From assembly GCA_951812625.1 (NCBI GenBank), contig CATOSP010000001.1, positions 200,065 through 264,064 on the forward strand: a stretch of DNA of 64,000 nt, written 5' to 3'. Made by a program: the position numbers and the translations under genes. Positions 9,501-18,190 of this stretch are shown here, in pieces (position 1 is the first letter of the stretch; every line of letters starts with the position of its first letter). The notes beneath the pieces are model-generated. The model was given only the letters and a program-made list of their open reading frames with translations. It was not told where the DNA came from and made no database searches. Source of the DNA: an uncultured Dehalococcoidia bacterium. GTDB taxonomy: Bacteria; Chloroflexota; Dehalococcoidia; Lucifugimonadales; UBA3495.

Positions 9501-10297
9501 TCAACGCCCTGGAACAACTGGACGACGAGATGGAGGGCGAGACCAAGACCGTCCTCGGCCAGATTTCCGGTGTCAGCGAGCGTTACACCCGTGAGCAGAA
9601 GAAGTTCCTCATCGTCAACCTGGAACTCCTCGGCGGCCTCATGGAACTGGTTGTCTGGCCCAACATACTGGAGCAGACCGAGGGTCTGTGGACCGCGGGG
9701 AAAGTCGTCAAGGCCACGGGCAAGCTCCGCAACCGCAGCGACCAGTGGTCCCTCGCCTGCAACACCGTCCAGGAATATTCGACTCCCGCAGCAGTTCCGT
9801 CCCACGCCAACGGCGTCCATGAGACGCACCGCAACGGCCACACCGCGCCTCAGGACGACGCTCCACCCGTCGATGAGCAACATCCGGCAGTTGGACCGTC
9901 CCCCGCCCATACCAACGGCAACGGCACGGCAAACGGTGCTGCTCATGCCAATGGTAACGGGAAGAACGGCAACGGTAATGGGAACGGCCACCGGGAATCA
10001 TCCAACGGCAACGGCAGCTACCACCGCACTGTTTCCCTGGGCGTGGTCGAGTCAGACAACGCCTCGGAGGATGCCCACCTCCTCCGCGAGGTAATAGGCG
10101 TGCTGCTGGAATACCCTGGGCAGGACCGGGTCAACCTGGAGATTCACACCGGCGGAACCCTCGTGGTGCTGGAGATGCCCATCGTCAACACGGGCTACTG
10201 CGAAGAACTCGGCGAGCGTCTGACCATCCTCCTCGGCGCAGGCTCAGTCCGCTTCCAAGACGCCAACGGCTCCATCCCCGCCGATACTCAGGGTTAG
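6578..10297 (+). CDS. dnaE: DNA polymerase III alpha subunit, with an Asn/Gly-rich insert and an extra C-terminal module
   Basis: The PHP N-terminus FTHLHVHTEYSMLDG is present, the pol III alpha core is recognisable throughout, and the length is 1239 aa. Confidence 0.95.
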   Translation: MSSRPIASPFTHLHVHTEYSMLDGISRIPELVTQTANLGMSALAMTDHGTLYGAVDFYSACIEAGIKPIIGCEVYMARGSRLERSGSERSPHHLVLLARDNTGYRNLMQLVTLAHTEGFYYKPRIDREILEQYRGGLIALSGCPSAEVPELIADGNFDEAKRVANWYRDLFGDGYFLELQRHEHVPQLSEINDGLVRMSREMDLPLVVTNDAHYVHQADSPLQDVYICIQTNTNIHDEKRLRMEDTSYYIKSADEMALLFPEFPEALANTGRIAEMCNVELSFGQTHLPRFRTPNNMDAEEYLTQLCWEGFKRRYPNPAPEAVQRLEYELEVIKYTQFANYFLVVWDIIDFVRKQGIMYGVRGSAAASVALYCLGITNVDPLEYRLVFERFLNLERKEMPDIDLDFQDDRRDEVLHYVIDKYGSDHVAQIITFGTLGAKAALRDVGRAMGMAYGDVDRIARMVPFKARNLEDALRVNPEFETAYQDENATKELVDKAQGLEGIVHHVSTHAAGVLIADEPLTETVPLQRPTRGDESSPVLMTQYSMDPVAHLGLLKMDFLGLTNLTILDRAVKILEQNQGIRIDLDRLPLNDRDTFDLLSSGHTTDLFQLESAGMRRYIKELKPSSLSDISAMIALYRPGPMENIDAFIDAKHGRAPITYPHPSFKELLDETYGIIVYQDQVLLILQQFAGYSLGAADIVRKAMGKKIAELMAQERDNFVAGAQSKGYGEDIAVDIFNLIEPFAGYAFNKAHSVSYALISYWTAYFKAHYPLEYMCAVLNSRLDNPDKIVSSINECFRLGISVHLPDVNSSEELFTIDHSVGADPGLRIGLAAIKTVGEGAVRPLVEERKENGPYKSIDDFCRRADSRGLNRRTMEALAKAGAFDTLAPRGAVVDAVDQIVATSQLEARRRDSGQTSFFDGAAEGEGSDALPGFTLSDRDVEDGTKAGWEKELLGVSLSHNPLLQIAGLDADDAVNALEQLDDEMEGETKTVLGQISGVSERYTREQKKFLIVNLELLGGLMELVVWPNILEQTEGLWTAGKVVKATGKLRNRSDQWSLACNTVQEYSTPAAVPSHANGVHETHRNGHTAPQDDAPPVDEQHPAVGPSPAHTNGNGTANGAAHANGNGKNGNGNGNGHRESSNGNGSYHRTVSLGVVESDNASEDAHLLREVIGVLLEYPGQDRVNLEIHTGGTLVVLEMPIVNTGYCEELGERLTILLGAGSVRFQDANGSIPADTQG

Positions 10298-10385
10298 GAC
10301 TCACCGCCCTTCGGACGAATGGATTTCTGTCCCCGCCGATTATGACCCATGACGTCAGCAGTCTATTGGTATCTGTGTGGTTGTT

Positions 10386-10769
10386 CTAACCACCCTCAGC
10401 CAGCCTTTCAGCATCATCAATGTAGAGGCTCGTCTCCCGGATGCGCCGCTCCGTATCAGGAGACGAACAGCGACCGTCGTAGAAGCATTGGCCGTGCAGT
10501 TGGCTGATGCGGCTGTAGTAACGTCCGACCAATGACTTGACCTGTGAGTCATGCCGGGCCAGGGCGTCCAGGGCATCAGAAGTAATTGCGGTGGTGGCGG
10601 GCTCCTCCCCGGTCCTGGCCAAAATTAAAGCATCCGTAGCCCGCTTGGTTGCGCCCCAAGCCTTCTCCGCCGCATTGCGGACCTTCCCGAGGTCCAGCAT
10701 CTCCAGTGCATCAGCATGTAGCTGTCTCGCGTCGTCAAAAAGCTCTCTTGTGCGGTCAGTTGCAACCAT
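10386..10769 (-). CDS. PaREP1/HEPN-like helical protein (127 aa)
   Basis: AAEKAWGATKRATDALILA... resembles the PaREP1 family. The ORF is solitary. Confidence 0.4.
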   Translation of the reverse strand: MVATDRTRELFDDARQLHADALEMLDLGKVRNAAEKAWGATKRATDALILARTGEEPATTAITSDALDALARHDSQVKSLVGRYYSRISQLHGQCFYDGRCSSPDTERRIRETSLYIDDAERLAEGG

Positions 10770-11059
10770 CTGACTAAATTTTCTCCCTGATTCGTAAGTA
10801 TTCGTTAGTCGATTTCACGGCTTTCCGCAGACAAAGCCTTGAGCACACAGCCCCCTGTTATCATTAGAAAACTAACTACAATCATCAGCATACCTCCAGG
10901 AAAAACCCACCGAGGGCAGGAATGCCACCGCCGAAACTCTGTAAGACTCCTATATTCAAGAACAATCCACCCCATAGGCCAAGAGCTAGCCCCATCCAAA
11001 GCAAAAATCTTGCTGTTCGTTGCATTGTGCTCCCCAATTAGCCAACAGAAACTTCCGCC

Positions 11060-12013
11060 CTAAGACCCCTCCTCCTCTTCCTTCCCAAAGTGCTCCTCCA
11101 GCTTGACGTTGAACTCCTCCGGCGTGAACGAATACTCCTGCGTCCCCCGGACCTGCACCGCGTAGTGCGCGCACACCGTCCCCATCTCGACCGCCCGTTG
11201 CACCGGCAGCCCCCGCACCAGTCCTGCCAGCAGACCGCCCCGGAACGAGTCTCCCGCCCCCGTCGGGTCCACCGCGTTATCCGTGGGTATGGCCTGGACC
11301 GCTACCATGCCCCGGCGGGTGATGATGTCCGCCCCACGGTCTCCCTTGGTGGTGATGATCACGTTCACCGATCGCAGCATCCGCACCACCGAAAGCCCGG
11401 TGTTGTTCATGATCATGCTGAGTTCGTACTCGTTGGAAATCAGCATCCTTGCCCTGGAGATCGCCCGCGCCAGTTCCTCCGCCTCCCACGCCGGGATTGA
11501 CTGGCCGGGGTCGAAGATGGCGTAGACCCGCCGTTCCTGGTAGGCCTGCATGAACTCGGCCATGTCGGCCAGGTTCCCCGGCCCGACGATGGCGATGGCG
11601 TTCTCCGGGTCCAGTTCGCTCAGGTCGCTCCCCGCCTGGTGCATCATCGCCCCGGGGCTAAACCCCGCGATCTGGTTGCCCAGCGTGTCGGTGGTGATGT
11701 AGGCTGCCGCCGTTGGCTCATCCGGCACCACCCTGATGCCGTCGGTGGGCACCCCGCACCGCTCCAGCCACCGGAAATACTGCTCATGGTCATGGCCAAT
11801 GCTTGCCAGGATGCGCGGGTTCTCCCCGAGCAGCGACAGGCAGTACGCGATGTTGCCTGCCGTTCCGCCGAACCTCTCCACCGGCCCGTCCACCATCAGG
11901 CTCAGGTTAATCTGGTCCAGCCGGTCGGGGATGATATGGTCAGCAAACCTCCCCGCGTATGACATGATGCGGTCGTAAGCCAGCGACCCTGAAACCATTA
12001 CGTCCATGAGCAA
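11060..12013 (-). CDS. PfkB-family carbohydrate/nucleoside kinase
   Basis: GGTAGNIAY and DPTGAGDSFRGG are PfkB signatures. Confidence 0.85.
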   Translation of the reverse strand: MLMDVMVSGSLAYDRIMSYAGRFADHIIPDRLDQINLSLMVDGPVERFGGTAGNIAYCLSLLGENPRILASIGHDHEQYFRWLERCGVPTDGIRVVPDEPTAAAYITTDTLGNQIAGFSPGAMMHQAGSDLSELDPENAIAIVGPGNLADMAEFMQAYQERRVYAIFDPGQSIPAWEAEELARAISRARMLISNEYELSMIMNNTGLSVVRMLRSVNVIITTKGDRGADIITRRGMVAVQAIPTDNAVDPTGAGDSFRGGLLAGLVRGLPVQRAVEMGTVCAHYAVQVRGTQEYSFTPEEFNVKLEEHFGKEEEEGS

Positions 12014-12158
12014 ATATCCTTGTCCTGTCTGTATCCTGTAGCCTGGGACAGCCGCCCCAGCTTGCTATCATCGAAGAGTCAGATGAAGAGTCAGCCTACT
12101 CTACCCCCGCCGTACCCGCCACGCAACGCCCGGCCATTCCCCGGCTGCCCTGGACAAG

Positions 12159-12944
12159 TCAGCAGCCATACTTGCCTTCCAACCCCCCTTTGAAGACCGC
12201 CGTGTCCCCAGGCCCAAACCCGGCAGCGGCGGAGGTGCCCGCGTTAATCTCCAGCACGTACTTGGCGGGAGCTTCAGGCCCGTAGGTCGGCAGATCGGCA
12301 AGGGTCTGGCCCGGTTCGGGAATTGGCACGTCCCTGGAAATGTCCACCACCGTGCAGGATGCGTCGATCCACACCATGTCCAGCGGAAAGTTCATCTCCT
12401 TCATCCAGAACGTCAGCAACCTCTCCTGGTCGAACACGAACAACATCCCCGTGCCCTCGGCCAGCGACTCCCTGCCCGAAAGTCCCTGCTGTTGCGCCGC
12501 CCTGGTATCGGCCACATCAACCACGAACGACGCGCTCCCTATGGCCACTATGGGATGGCCATCATCGGTCTCCGGAGCAACGGTCGCCGCCGCAGGTGGC
12601 GGGTCTGTCGGAGCAGGTGCCGGGACTTGCAGTGTGGGAGTCTCAACAGGCGTTGCCGTCTCCGTGGGTGGCACAGGCGTGGGTGTAGGTGACGGCTCCG
12701 GTGTCGGAGTCACAACAACAGCAGTCGCCGTCGGGACAGCCTGTGTCGCCGCAACTTCATCGGGCGTAGGAATCTTGGTCACCACCGCCTCGGACTCAAC
12801 CGTGGCTGCCACCGTCCCGCTGCCTGTCTCCTGGGACGGCATTGCCCCACCTCCGCAACCCGCCGCCAATGCCAGCATCACTACCACCGGAAGTACCGCA
12901 ACACGCAGCGCCAGGCTCACCAGAGACGCCCGGGGGAACATCAA
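12159..12944 (-). CDS. DUF192 domain protein with signal/lipobox and a Thr/Pro-rich linker
   Basis: N-terminal LALAAGC lipobox-like segment and a TPTPEPSPTPTP linker. The C-terminal GMLFVF...FWMKEMNFPLDMVWID matches DUF192. Confidence 0.7.
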   Translation of the reverse strand: MMFPRASLVSLALRVAVLPVVVMLALAAGCGGGAMPSQETGSGTVAATVESEAVVTKIPTPDEVAATQAVPTATAVVVTPTPEPSPTPTPVPPTETATPVETPTLQVPAPAPTDPPPAAATVAPETDDGHPIVAIGSASFVVDVADTRAAQQQGLSGRESLAEGTGMLFVFDQERLLTFWMKEMNFPLDMVWIDASCTVVDISRDVPIPEPGQTLADLPTYGPEAPAKYVLEINAGTSAAAGFGPGDTAVFKGGLEGKYGC

Positions 12945-12962
12945 CGTTCAGCCGCCAGGCGG

Positions 12963-13754
12963 TTAGCCGCGGCCTGTAGCCCGGTGAATCTCTGCGACCC
13001 GGTCCGTCATGGACCGGAGCAGAATTGACGGCGGCGGCGGCGCGACGTGGGAGTACCCCACGCCCAGTTCCAGCAGTTCCTGCGGGCCAAGGGGAAGCGC
13101 CGGATGGTTCATGGACACGGCCAGTTTCGCCTTGCCGATGGCCTTGACCTTGTCGGCAAGCTCCTTCAGCTTGGCCCTCAACCTCGGGTCCGAGGGGTCG
13201 CGGATCCCCATGTACTCGGAGAAGTCCGTGGGCCCGATGGCCACCAGGTCTATCCCGTCCAATGCGGCAATCTTCTCGATGTCGTCGATCCCCTTCTCGT
13301 CCTCCGCCATCACCGACAGCAGTATCTCCTCGTTGGACTGCCGGATATGGTCCTCCCATGACACCGTGCCGAAACGTGCCGCCCTGCTGCCCCCGGCTGC
13401 GCCCCGCTGCCCCAGCGGAGGGTAGCGCACGGCATCCACGGCCCGCTTCGCCCCCTCGATGCCCTCGATGTGGGGAATGATGATGCCCTCCGCGCCCATG
13501 TCCAGGAGACGCAGGATGATGTTGGCGTCGTTGCCCGGGACCCGGATTATCGACGCCACGCCCACCAGGTCGGCGGCGCGGATCATCTCCCCCACCAACG
13601 GCAGGTCGAAGTTGGTATGCTCCATGTCGATGAAGGCGGCGTCAAACCCGGCCAACCCGATGATCTCAACTATCTGCGGGTCTGCCAGCGCAACATAAGT
13701 CCCGATGGCCAGCTTGCCCTCGGCCATCACTTCCTTCACCCGGTTCCGGCGCAT
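12963..13754 (-). CDS. HpcH/HpaI-family aldolase
   Basis: FDAAFIDMEH, IIRVPGND and the 263-aa length fit the family. Confidence 0.8.
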   Translation of the reverse strand: MRRNRVKEVMAEGKLAIGTYVALADPQIVEIIGLAGFDAAFIDMEHTNFDLPLVGEMIRAADLVGVASIIRVPGNDANIILRLLDMGAEGIIIPHIEGIEGAKRAVDAVRYPPLGQRGAAGGSRAARFGTVSWEDHIRQSNEEILLSVMAEDEKGIDDIEKIAALDGIDLVAIGPTDFSEYMGIRDPSDPRLRAKLKELADKVKAIGKAKLAVSMNHPALPLGPQELLELGVGYSHVAPPPPSILLRSMTDRVAEIHRATGRG

Positions 13755-13865
13755 CTCAGACCTCCTCAGCGTACAACGTGCGTCCTGACCGGCCCCGCCG
13801 GACCAGCAACGCAGACTATCTTAGCGTCCGGTGCCTACCGCGACAAGGAAAGCATTGGACTCAGC

Positions 13866-13894
13866 TTGATAATGGGACATATCGTATCTACAAT
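13866..13894 (+). promoter_or_regulatory. Sigma70-like promoter for brnTA
   Basis: TTGATA at 13866-13871, a 17-nt spacer, and TACAAT at 13889-13894. Confidence 0.5.
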
Positions 13895-13911
13895 AAACCC
13901 TCCAGGAAGTC

Positions 13912-14181
13912 ATGCTACAGTACGAGTGGGATGAGACCAAGCGAGCCGAAACGCTGCTGAATCCCGGAATCGACTTCGCATCAATGGCGTATTTCGACTG
14001 GGAAAACTCGATTCATCAGCGCAGTGCTAGAAACAATGAAAGCCGCTGGCCCAGCCTGGGACTGATCGGAAACCGGCTATACCACGTAGTCTGGACGGAG
14101 CGTGGAGAGAACATCCGCATCATCAGCCTTAGAAGAGCCAATGCGCGGGAGGCTACACGATATGCCCGGCAACGCAGATAA
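13912..14181 (+). CDS. brnT: BrnT-family (DUF497) toxin
   Basis: YEWDETKRAETLLNPGIDF... IRIISLRRANAREATRY matches the family. Confidence 0.8.
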   Translation: MLQYEWDETKRAETLLNPGIDFASMAYFDWENSIHQRSARNNESRWPSLGLIGNRLYHVVWTERGENIRIISLRRANAREATRYARQRR

Positions 14182-14503
14182 CATCCACATCCCAGGACCG
14201 GAAGAGGATGCCCTCGTCAACGCGGGCATCGCCGAAGATCCGGACACTTTCGAGTTGGACGACCAATGGTTCGCGGACGCCAGACCTTCCAGCGAGGCGA
14301 TACCCCACATTCTGGAGAGGCTCCGCCGGACCCGGGGAAAGCAGAAAGCGCCCACCAAGAAACAACTCCACATCCGGCTGGATGCTGACATAGTCGACTG
14401 GTTTAAGAACGCCGGGCCGGACGAAAGGGGCTACCAGACCCGCATCAATCAGGCCCTGCGTGACCACGTTGACTGGCACAGCCAGCCCCCTTGCCAACAG
14501 TAG
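14162..14503 (+). CDS. brnA: BrnA-family antitoxin (DUF4415-like)
   Basis: LHIRLDADIVDWFKNAG..GYQTRINQALRD matches the family. The ATG at 14162 overlaps the brnT 3' end. The track ORF starts earlier, at 14102. Confidence 0.75.
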   Translation: MPGNADNIHIPGPEEDALVNAGIAEDPDTFELDDQWFADARPSSEAIPHILERLRRTRGKQKAPTKKQLHIRLDADIVDWFKNAGPDERGYQTRINQALRDHVDWHSQPPCQQ

Positions 14504-14591
14504 CGGCCGCCCAACTCCGCCATATTGACGGGATGTTGCCTCTGGGGTAGTCTGAATCTTGGCAAGTCCACACCCAACGGGGAGTTAGAAC

Positions 14592-15143
14592 ATGACCCAG
14601 GAAACACAGTCCGCGCTCACCCCGGAAGTACAGGCCATGATCGGCGTCACCGGCGAGGTGGTCGAGGGCTGGGGTATCGTCGATGAGGAATACCTGCGGC
14701 GCTTCACCCAGGCCGTGATGGACCCCGACCCCAGGTACTGGGACCACGAATTCGCCGCCAGCACCAAGTTTGGGGAGGTAATCACCCCGCCCATCATGGT
14801 CAGCTACATGTCCAGCCGCATCCGTCCCGACCAGGAAGACCCCATAACCAGGGCATTTGAAGAAAACCCCATGTCCGACGGCATCGGCCGGGTCAGCCGC
14901 CCGGGTTCCCTGCCCCCGGTGCCCACCAATCTCGTCCGCGTACTCAACGCCGGCAACGAGCTGGAGATTTACAAATACCCCAGCATAGGGGACAAGATTT
15001 TCTTCCAGAATAGGTACTCGGACATCCGGGAGAGGGTCGGCAGGGACGGCAGGCCTTTCCTGATCATCACTAGCGAGACCACCTACAAGAACCAGAAAGA
15101 CGAACTGCTGTGCATCACCAGGGCCTCTTCAATCCGCCGGTAG
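14592..15143 (+). CDS. Hotdog-fold dehydratase subunit (FAS1-like / MaoC N-terminal type)
   Basis: 183 aa and paired with a MaoC-like neighbour, giving a HadA/HadB-like two-subunit layout. Confidence 0.6.
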   Translation: MTQETQSALTPEVQAMIGVTGEVVEGWGIVDEEYLRRFTQAVMDPDPRYWDHEFAASTKFGEVITPPIMVSYMSSRIRPDQEDPITRAFEENPMSDGIGRVSRPGSLPPVPTNLVRVLNAGNELEIYKYPSIGDKIFFQNRYSDIRERVGRDGRPFLIITSETTYKNQKDELLCITRASSIRR

Positions 15144-15206
15144 ACCCGTAATCTCGGGTGCCGTCGGATTCCCGGACCCCGGTATCCATTTCAGTGAGGT
15201 TGCGCC

Positions 15207-15767
15207 ATGACCATTGCGCTGGAAGACCTGCTCCAGATGTCCGCAGAGGAGATCTGGGCCCGCAACGAGCGCCCTTCTGGCGACGAGTTGCGGAACAAGG
15301 AACAGACCTATTTCGACGATGTTTACGACGGCATGGAACTGCCCAAGTACATCTATAGGCCCACGCCAACCCACCTGTTCCGGTGGAGCGCCGCCATCGA
15401 GAATTTCCACCGGATTCATTACGATTTGGACTTTGGCCTGAACCACGACAAGAACCCCAGCATCCTGGTCCACGGCTCTTGGAAGCAGAGTGTGGTGCCC
15501 CAGTTCTTGAAGGACTTCACCCTTCCCGGCGGCTGGCCGTGGAAGGCCAGGTTCGAGCACCGGGCCATGCTGGTGCCCGGCGATGTGCTGATCATGTGGG
15601 GCAAGGTCACCGGAAAGGAAGAGAAAGGCGGCATGGGCTTCGTCGACCTGGAAATCGGCATGAAGACCCATGACGGCATCGAGAGTATGCCGGGCACCGC
15701 CACCGTGGTCCTCCCGGTCCGGGGCGGCGAGCCGATTCCCTATCCCTTCGTGCCCCCGGCAGACTAG
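15207..15767 (+). CDS. MaoC-like hotdog dehydratase subunit
   Basis: FRWSAAIENFHRIHYDLDF matches the MaoC dehydratase motif region. Confidence 0.7.
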   Translation: MTIALEDLLQMSAEEIWARNERPSGDELRNKEQTYFDDVYDGMELPKYIYRPTPTHLFRWSAAIENFHRIHYDLDFGLNHDKNPSILVHGSWKQSVVPQFLKDFTLPGGWPWKARFEHRAMLVPGDVLIMWGKVTGKEEKGGMGFVDLEIGMKTHDGIESMPGTATVVLPVRGGEPIPYPFVPPAD

Positions 15768-15930
15768 CCGTCGGTTGAAGGCTGCCACTGGCTCGGAATC
15801 TCGCCCGTCATTCCCGCGGAAGCGAAAATCTGCTGCATCAACTCTGGCGTGGGGCCGGAGGACATAGATTCAGTCTGGAATTTTCCCGGCCCCTGGCGCA
15901 CGTCGGGGGCTTGAGAGGTAGACGAACAAC

Positions 15931-16200
15931 ATGGCCCGATTCATCGCCATTCATAACGTTCCGGGAATCACCGAAGAGGCTTTCCGGGAAAAGCTGGACA
16001 ATGTCAGCAAGTGGCGTCCTGACCGCCGCACGACTGTCCTGAAGGTCTACGGCGACTTTCAGACCGGGAAGCTGGTCTCGGAGTGCGAGGCAGTGGAGCA
16101 GGCCCACTTCGAGGACTGGATCAATCTGGTGGGTTGGCCGGTGGAATCAATCCACAAGGTGGATATGGTCTGCCAGGTCGGGAACTTCTGGAACCTCTAG
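15931..16200 (+). CDS. Small ferredoxin-like protein, DUF4242-like
   Basis: 89 aa. The M.RF..IH.VPG pattern resembles DUF4242. Confidence 0.45.
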   Translation: MARFIAIHNVPGITEEAFREKLDNVSKWRPDRRTTVLKVYGDFQTGKLVSECEAVEQAHFEDWINLVGWPVESIHKVDMVCQVGNFWNL

Positions 16201-16343
16201 CCCCGCCAGCCAAGGCTCCCTAACCCGCCGGTCCCCGTCCCAACACTGGGGGTTCCCTCAAAAGCGGGGACCCATACACGCAGGCCGGGGACTCCGTGCT
16301 TCTCACCAGCGCGGCGGCTTCGGGCAAATGACCGGTGTAGCGC

Positions 16344-17426
16344 CTACTCCCCGCGGACCTGGGTGGAAACCGGTTCCCTGTCGGTAGCCTCTGCCGCCCG
16401 CGCCTCTCTCTCCAACCTCTCAGCCCAGCCGTACCCGTGGCCGTTGACCCCGTTACTTGCCACACCGTTTCTGCCCCCGACCTCGGCGTGCTGCTCACGC
16501 ATCAGCCTTGCCCTCCGCCTCAGGCGGGAGCGGCTGAACTCTGAAGCTACCTCTGCGCCCAGTATCAGGATCATCGACGACAGGTATATCCACGTCAGCA
16601 GGACCACCACCGACGCGACGGAACCGTAGACCACCGTGTAGTGCGCCACGCTCTCCAGGTACCATGCGAACAGTGCCTTTCCGCCCTCGAACAGCACAGC
16701 GGCCACTGCTGCCCCGGACCAGACGTACCGCCAGTAGGTCTTGCAGTCCGGCGCGAACTTGTAAAGCAGCAGGAAAACCGAGAAACTCGCCAGGAAAGAT
16801 GTCAGCCGCAGCGCTGCGCCCGCCACGCCCCCTCCAAGGAATAAACCCTGGCTGGCAATGTTCACGTCCTGGCCCGGATGTACCAGGACCTCTACGACCG
16901 AGGTGGCGAGCGCCGAAGTCAGGAACAGAAGGGCCACTGCAAGGGCTAAGGCCAGCTGCCTCGGCTTGGCGATGAAGAATGGCCGTTCCTTGGGGATATG
17001 CCAGGCCCGGTTTACTGCCCGGTTGATCGCCGAGAACAACCCGTTCGTGGCCCATATCAGACCGATGACCGCGCCTATGCCCAGCGCGCCCCATAGCTCG
17101 GCCAACTCCCCAAGATGGTCGGAGGTGAAGGTCTCGGAGCCGTGAAGATTGTCGGTCAGATAGGAGAGCAGCTTGGCCTGTACCTCCGTTGAGGACAGGA
17201 GGAACCCGGTCAGGGAGACCATTCCCATGACCAGCGGGAACAGGGAAAAGACCGCGTAATAGGCCACTCCTGCGGCCATGTGGGTGGCGTCGTTGGCCCG
17301 CATGGTCTGGATCAGCCGCCAGGTCAACAGGAAAGGCCTGTTCCGGGCCAGCGCCTTGGGATGGGTCCGGCGCCGCGCCTCTGCGACCCATTCATTCATT
17401 CGGGAGGGATAGAGTGAGGTGATCAT
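16344..17426 (-). CDS. YihY/BrkB-family membrane protein
   Basis: AAGVAYYAVFSLFPL motif, polytopic. Confidence 0.8.
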   Translation of the reverse strand: MITSLYPSRMNEWVAEARRRTHPKALARNRPFLLTWRLIQTMRANDATHMAAGVAYYAVFSLFPLVMGMVSLTGFLLSSTEVQAKLLSYLTDNLHGSETFTSDHLGELAELWGALGIGAVIGLIWATNGLFSAINRAVNRAWHIPKERPFFIAKPRQLALALAVALLFLTSALATSVVEVLVHPGQDVNIASQGLFLGGGVAGAALRLTSFLASFSVFLLLYKFAPDCKTYWRYVWSGAAVAAVLFEGGKALFAWYLESVAHYTVVYGSVASVVVLLTWIYLSSMILILGAEVASEFSRSRLRRRARLMREQHAEVGGRNGVASNGVNGHGYGWAERLEREARAAEATDREPVSTQVRGE

Positions 17427-17519
17427 TTGAGGTCTGCGTAGACTAACTTGGAATGGTCTAATCGTAGCAGTACGTATTTACCGTTGTTGATTCCCTTAGA
17501 TTTGGCCATGAAATATGAT

Positions 17520-18104
17520 TTATGTCAAGCCTTTATTGCACGGTATACGGCCCCATGTTCCAGGCGGCCAATATCTGAACCATACCCGTCCCGCAATCAG
17601 GCTCCGGCCCACCGGACCGAACGCCCGGCTGTCCTGGCTGTCCTTCCGGTTGTCCCCCAGGAGCACGTATTCATCGGGTCCGTTCCACCACTCGCCGGAA
17701 TCGCGTCGACCCGGGACTGGCGGGATCGTGGAATACCACTCCTCCAGCAACCTCCCGTCCAGATACACCCGCCCCGACTCCATTCGCACCTCTTCACCCG
17801 GCAGACCCACTATCCTCTTGACGTACATATCATGCGGAGGTCCCGGCCTCCTGAATACCACTATATCCCCCCGCACCAGGGTCCTTTCATCCGGCCCACC
17901 TCTCGGAGAAGCGGGTTCGATCAGAACGTAGTGCCTGTCCGCCAGGTTGGGCAACATGCTGCCCCCCTCAACGCGGAAGCGCCGTGAACCGGCTGCACAA
18001 ACAAACTTACGCGCCGCAGACTTGACTGGATGTGCCCACATGTATCCAGATTCACCGATTACACGGAAATGAGAGACCCGGCGGCATGAGCCTCTGTATA
18101 GCAC
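17520..18104 (-). CDS. lepB: Signal peptidase I (S26)
   Basis: GGSMLPNL, VKRIVGLPGEEV and GDNRKDSQDSR are S26 motifs. The true start may be internal. Confidence 0.85.
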   Translation of the reverse strand: MLYRGSCRRVSHFRVIGESGYMWAHPVKSAARKFVCAAGSRRFRVEGGSMLPNLADRHYVLIEPASPRGGPDERTLVRGDIVVFRRPGPPHDMYVKRIVGLPGEEVRMESGRVYLDGRLLEEWYSTIPPVPGRRDSGEWWNGPDEYVLLGDNRKDSQDSRAFGPVGRSLIAGRVWFRYWPPGTWGRIPCNKGLT

Positions 18105-18190
18105 GCCTCCCTCCGTTTGGCTAGACGCCCGTTCCCCCGCACCCTATAATGGCCCAATCTCCTCGAATCGCCTTTATCTGGAGGAACTCC

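Noticed and set aside
7142-9991. 949-aa ORF antisense to dnaE. Similar long antisense ORFs occur at 24526..26226 and 26774..28072 (opposite the loader and dnaB), 37944..39107 (opposite LLM), 49084..50349 and 19613..20380.
   Set aside because: These are shadow ORFs typical of high-GC DNA. Their composition is Arg/Gly/Pro/His/Leu-heavy and low-complexity, and in every case the opposite strand encodes a clearly recognisable protein.
9900-10020. A short-period AACGGC repeat tract that could have been a microsatellite or CRISPR-like array.
   Set aside because: It is in frame inside dnaE (an NG-rich linker). There is no spacer/repeat architecture.
10805-11063. Small ORFs between the PaREP1-like and PfkB genes. 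These are the 64-aa track ORF and an alternative 49-codon hydrophobic ORF, MQRTARFLLWMGLALGLWGG..
   Set aside because: Two overlapping frames are equally plausible, no family or RBS evidence decides between them, and so they are not reported as features.
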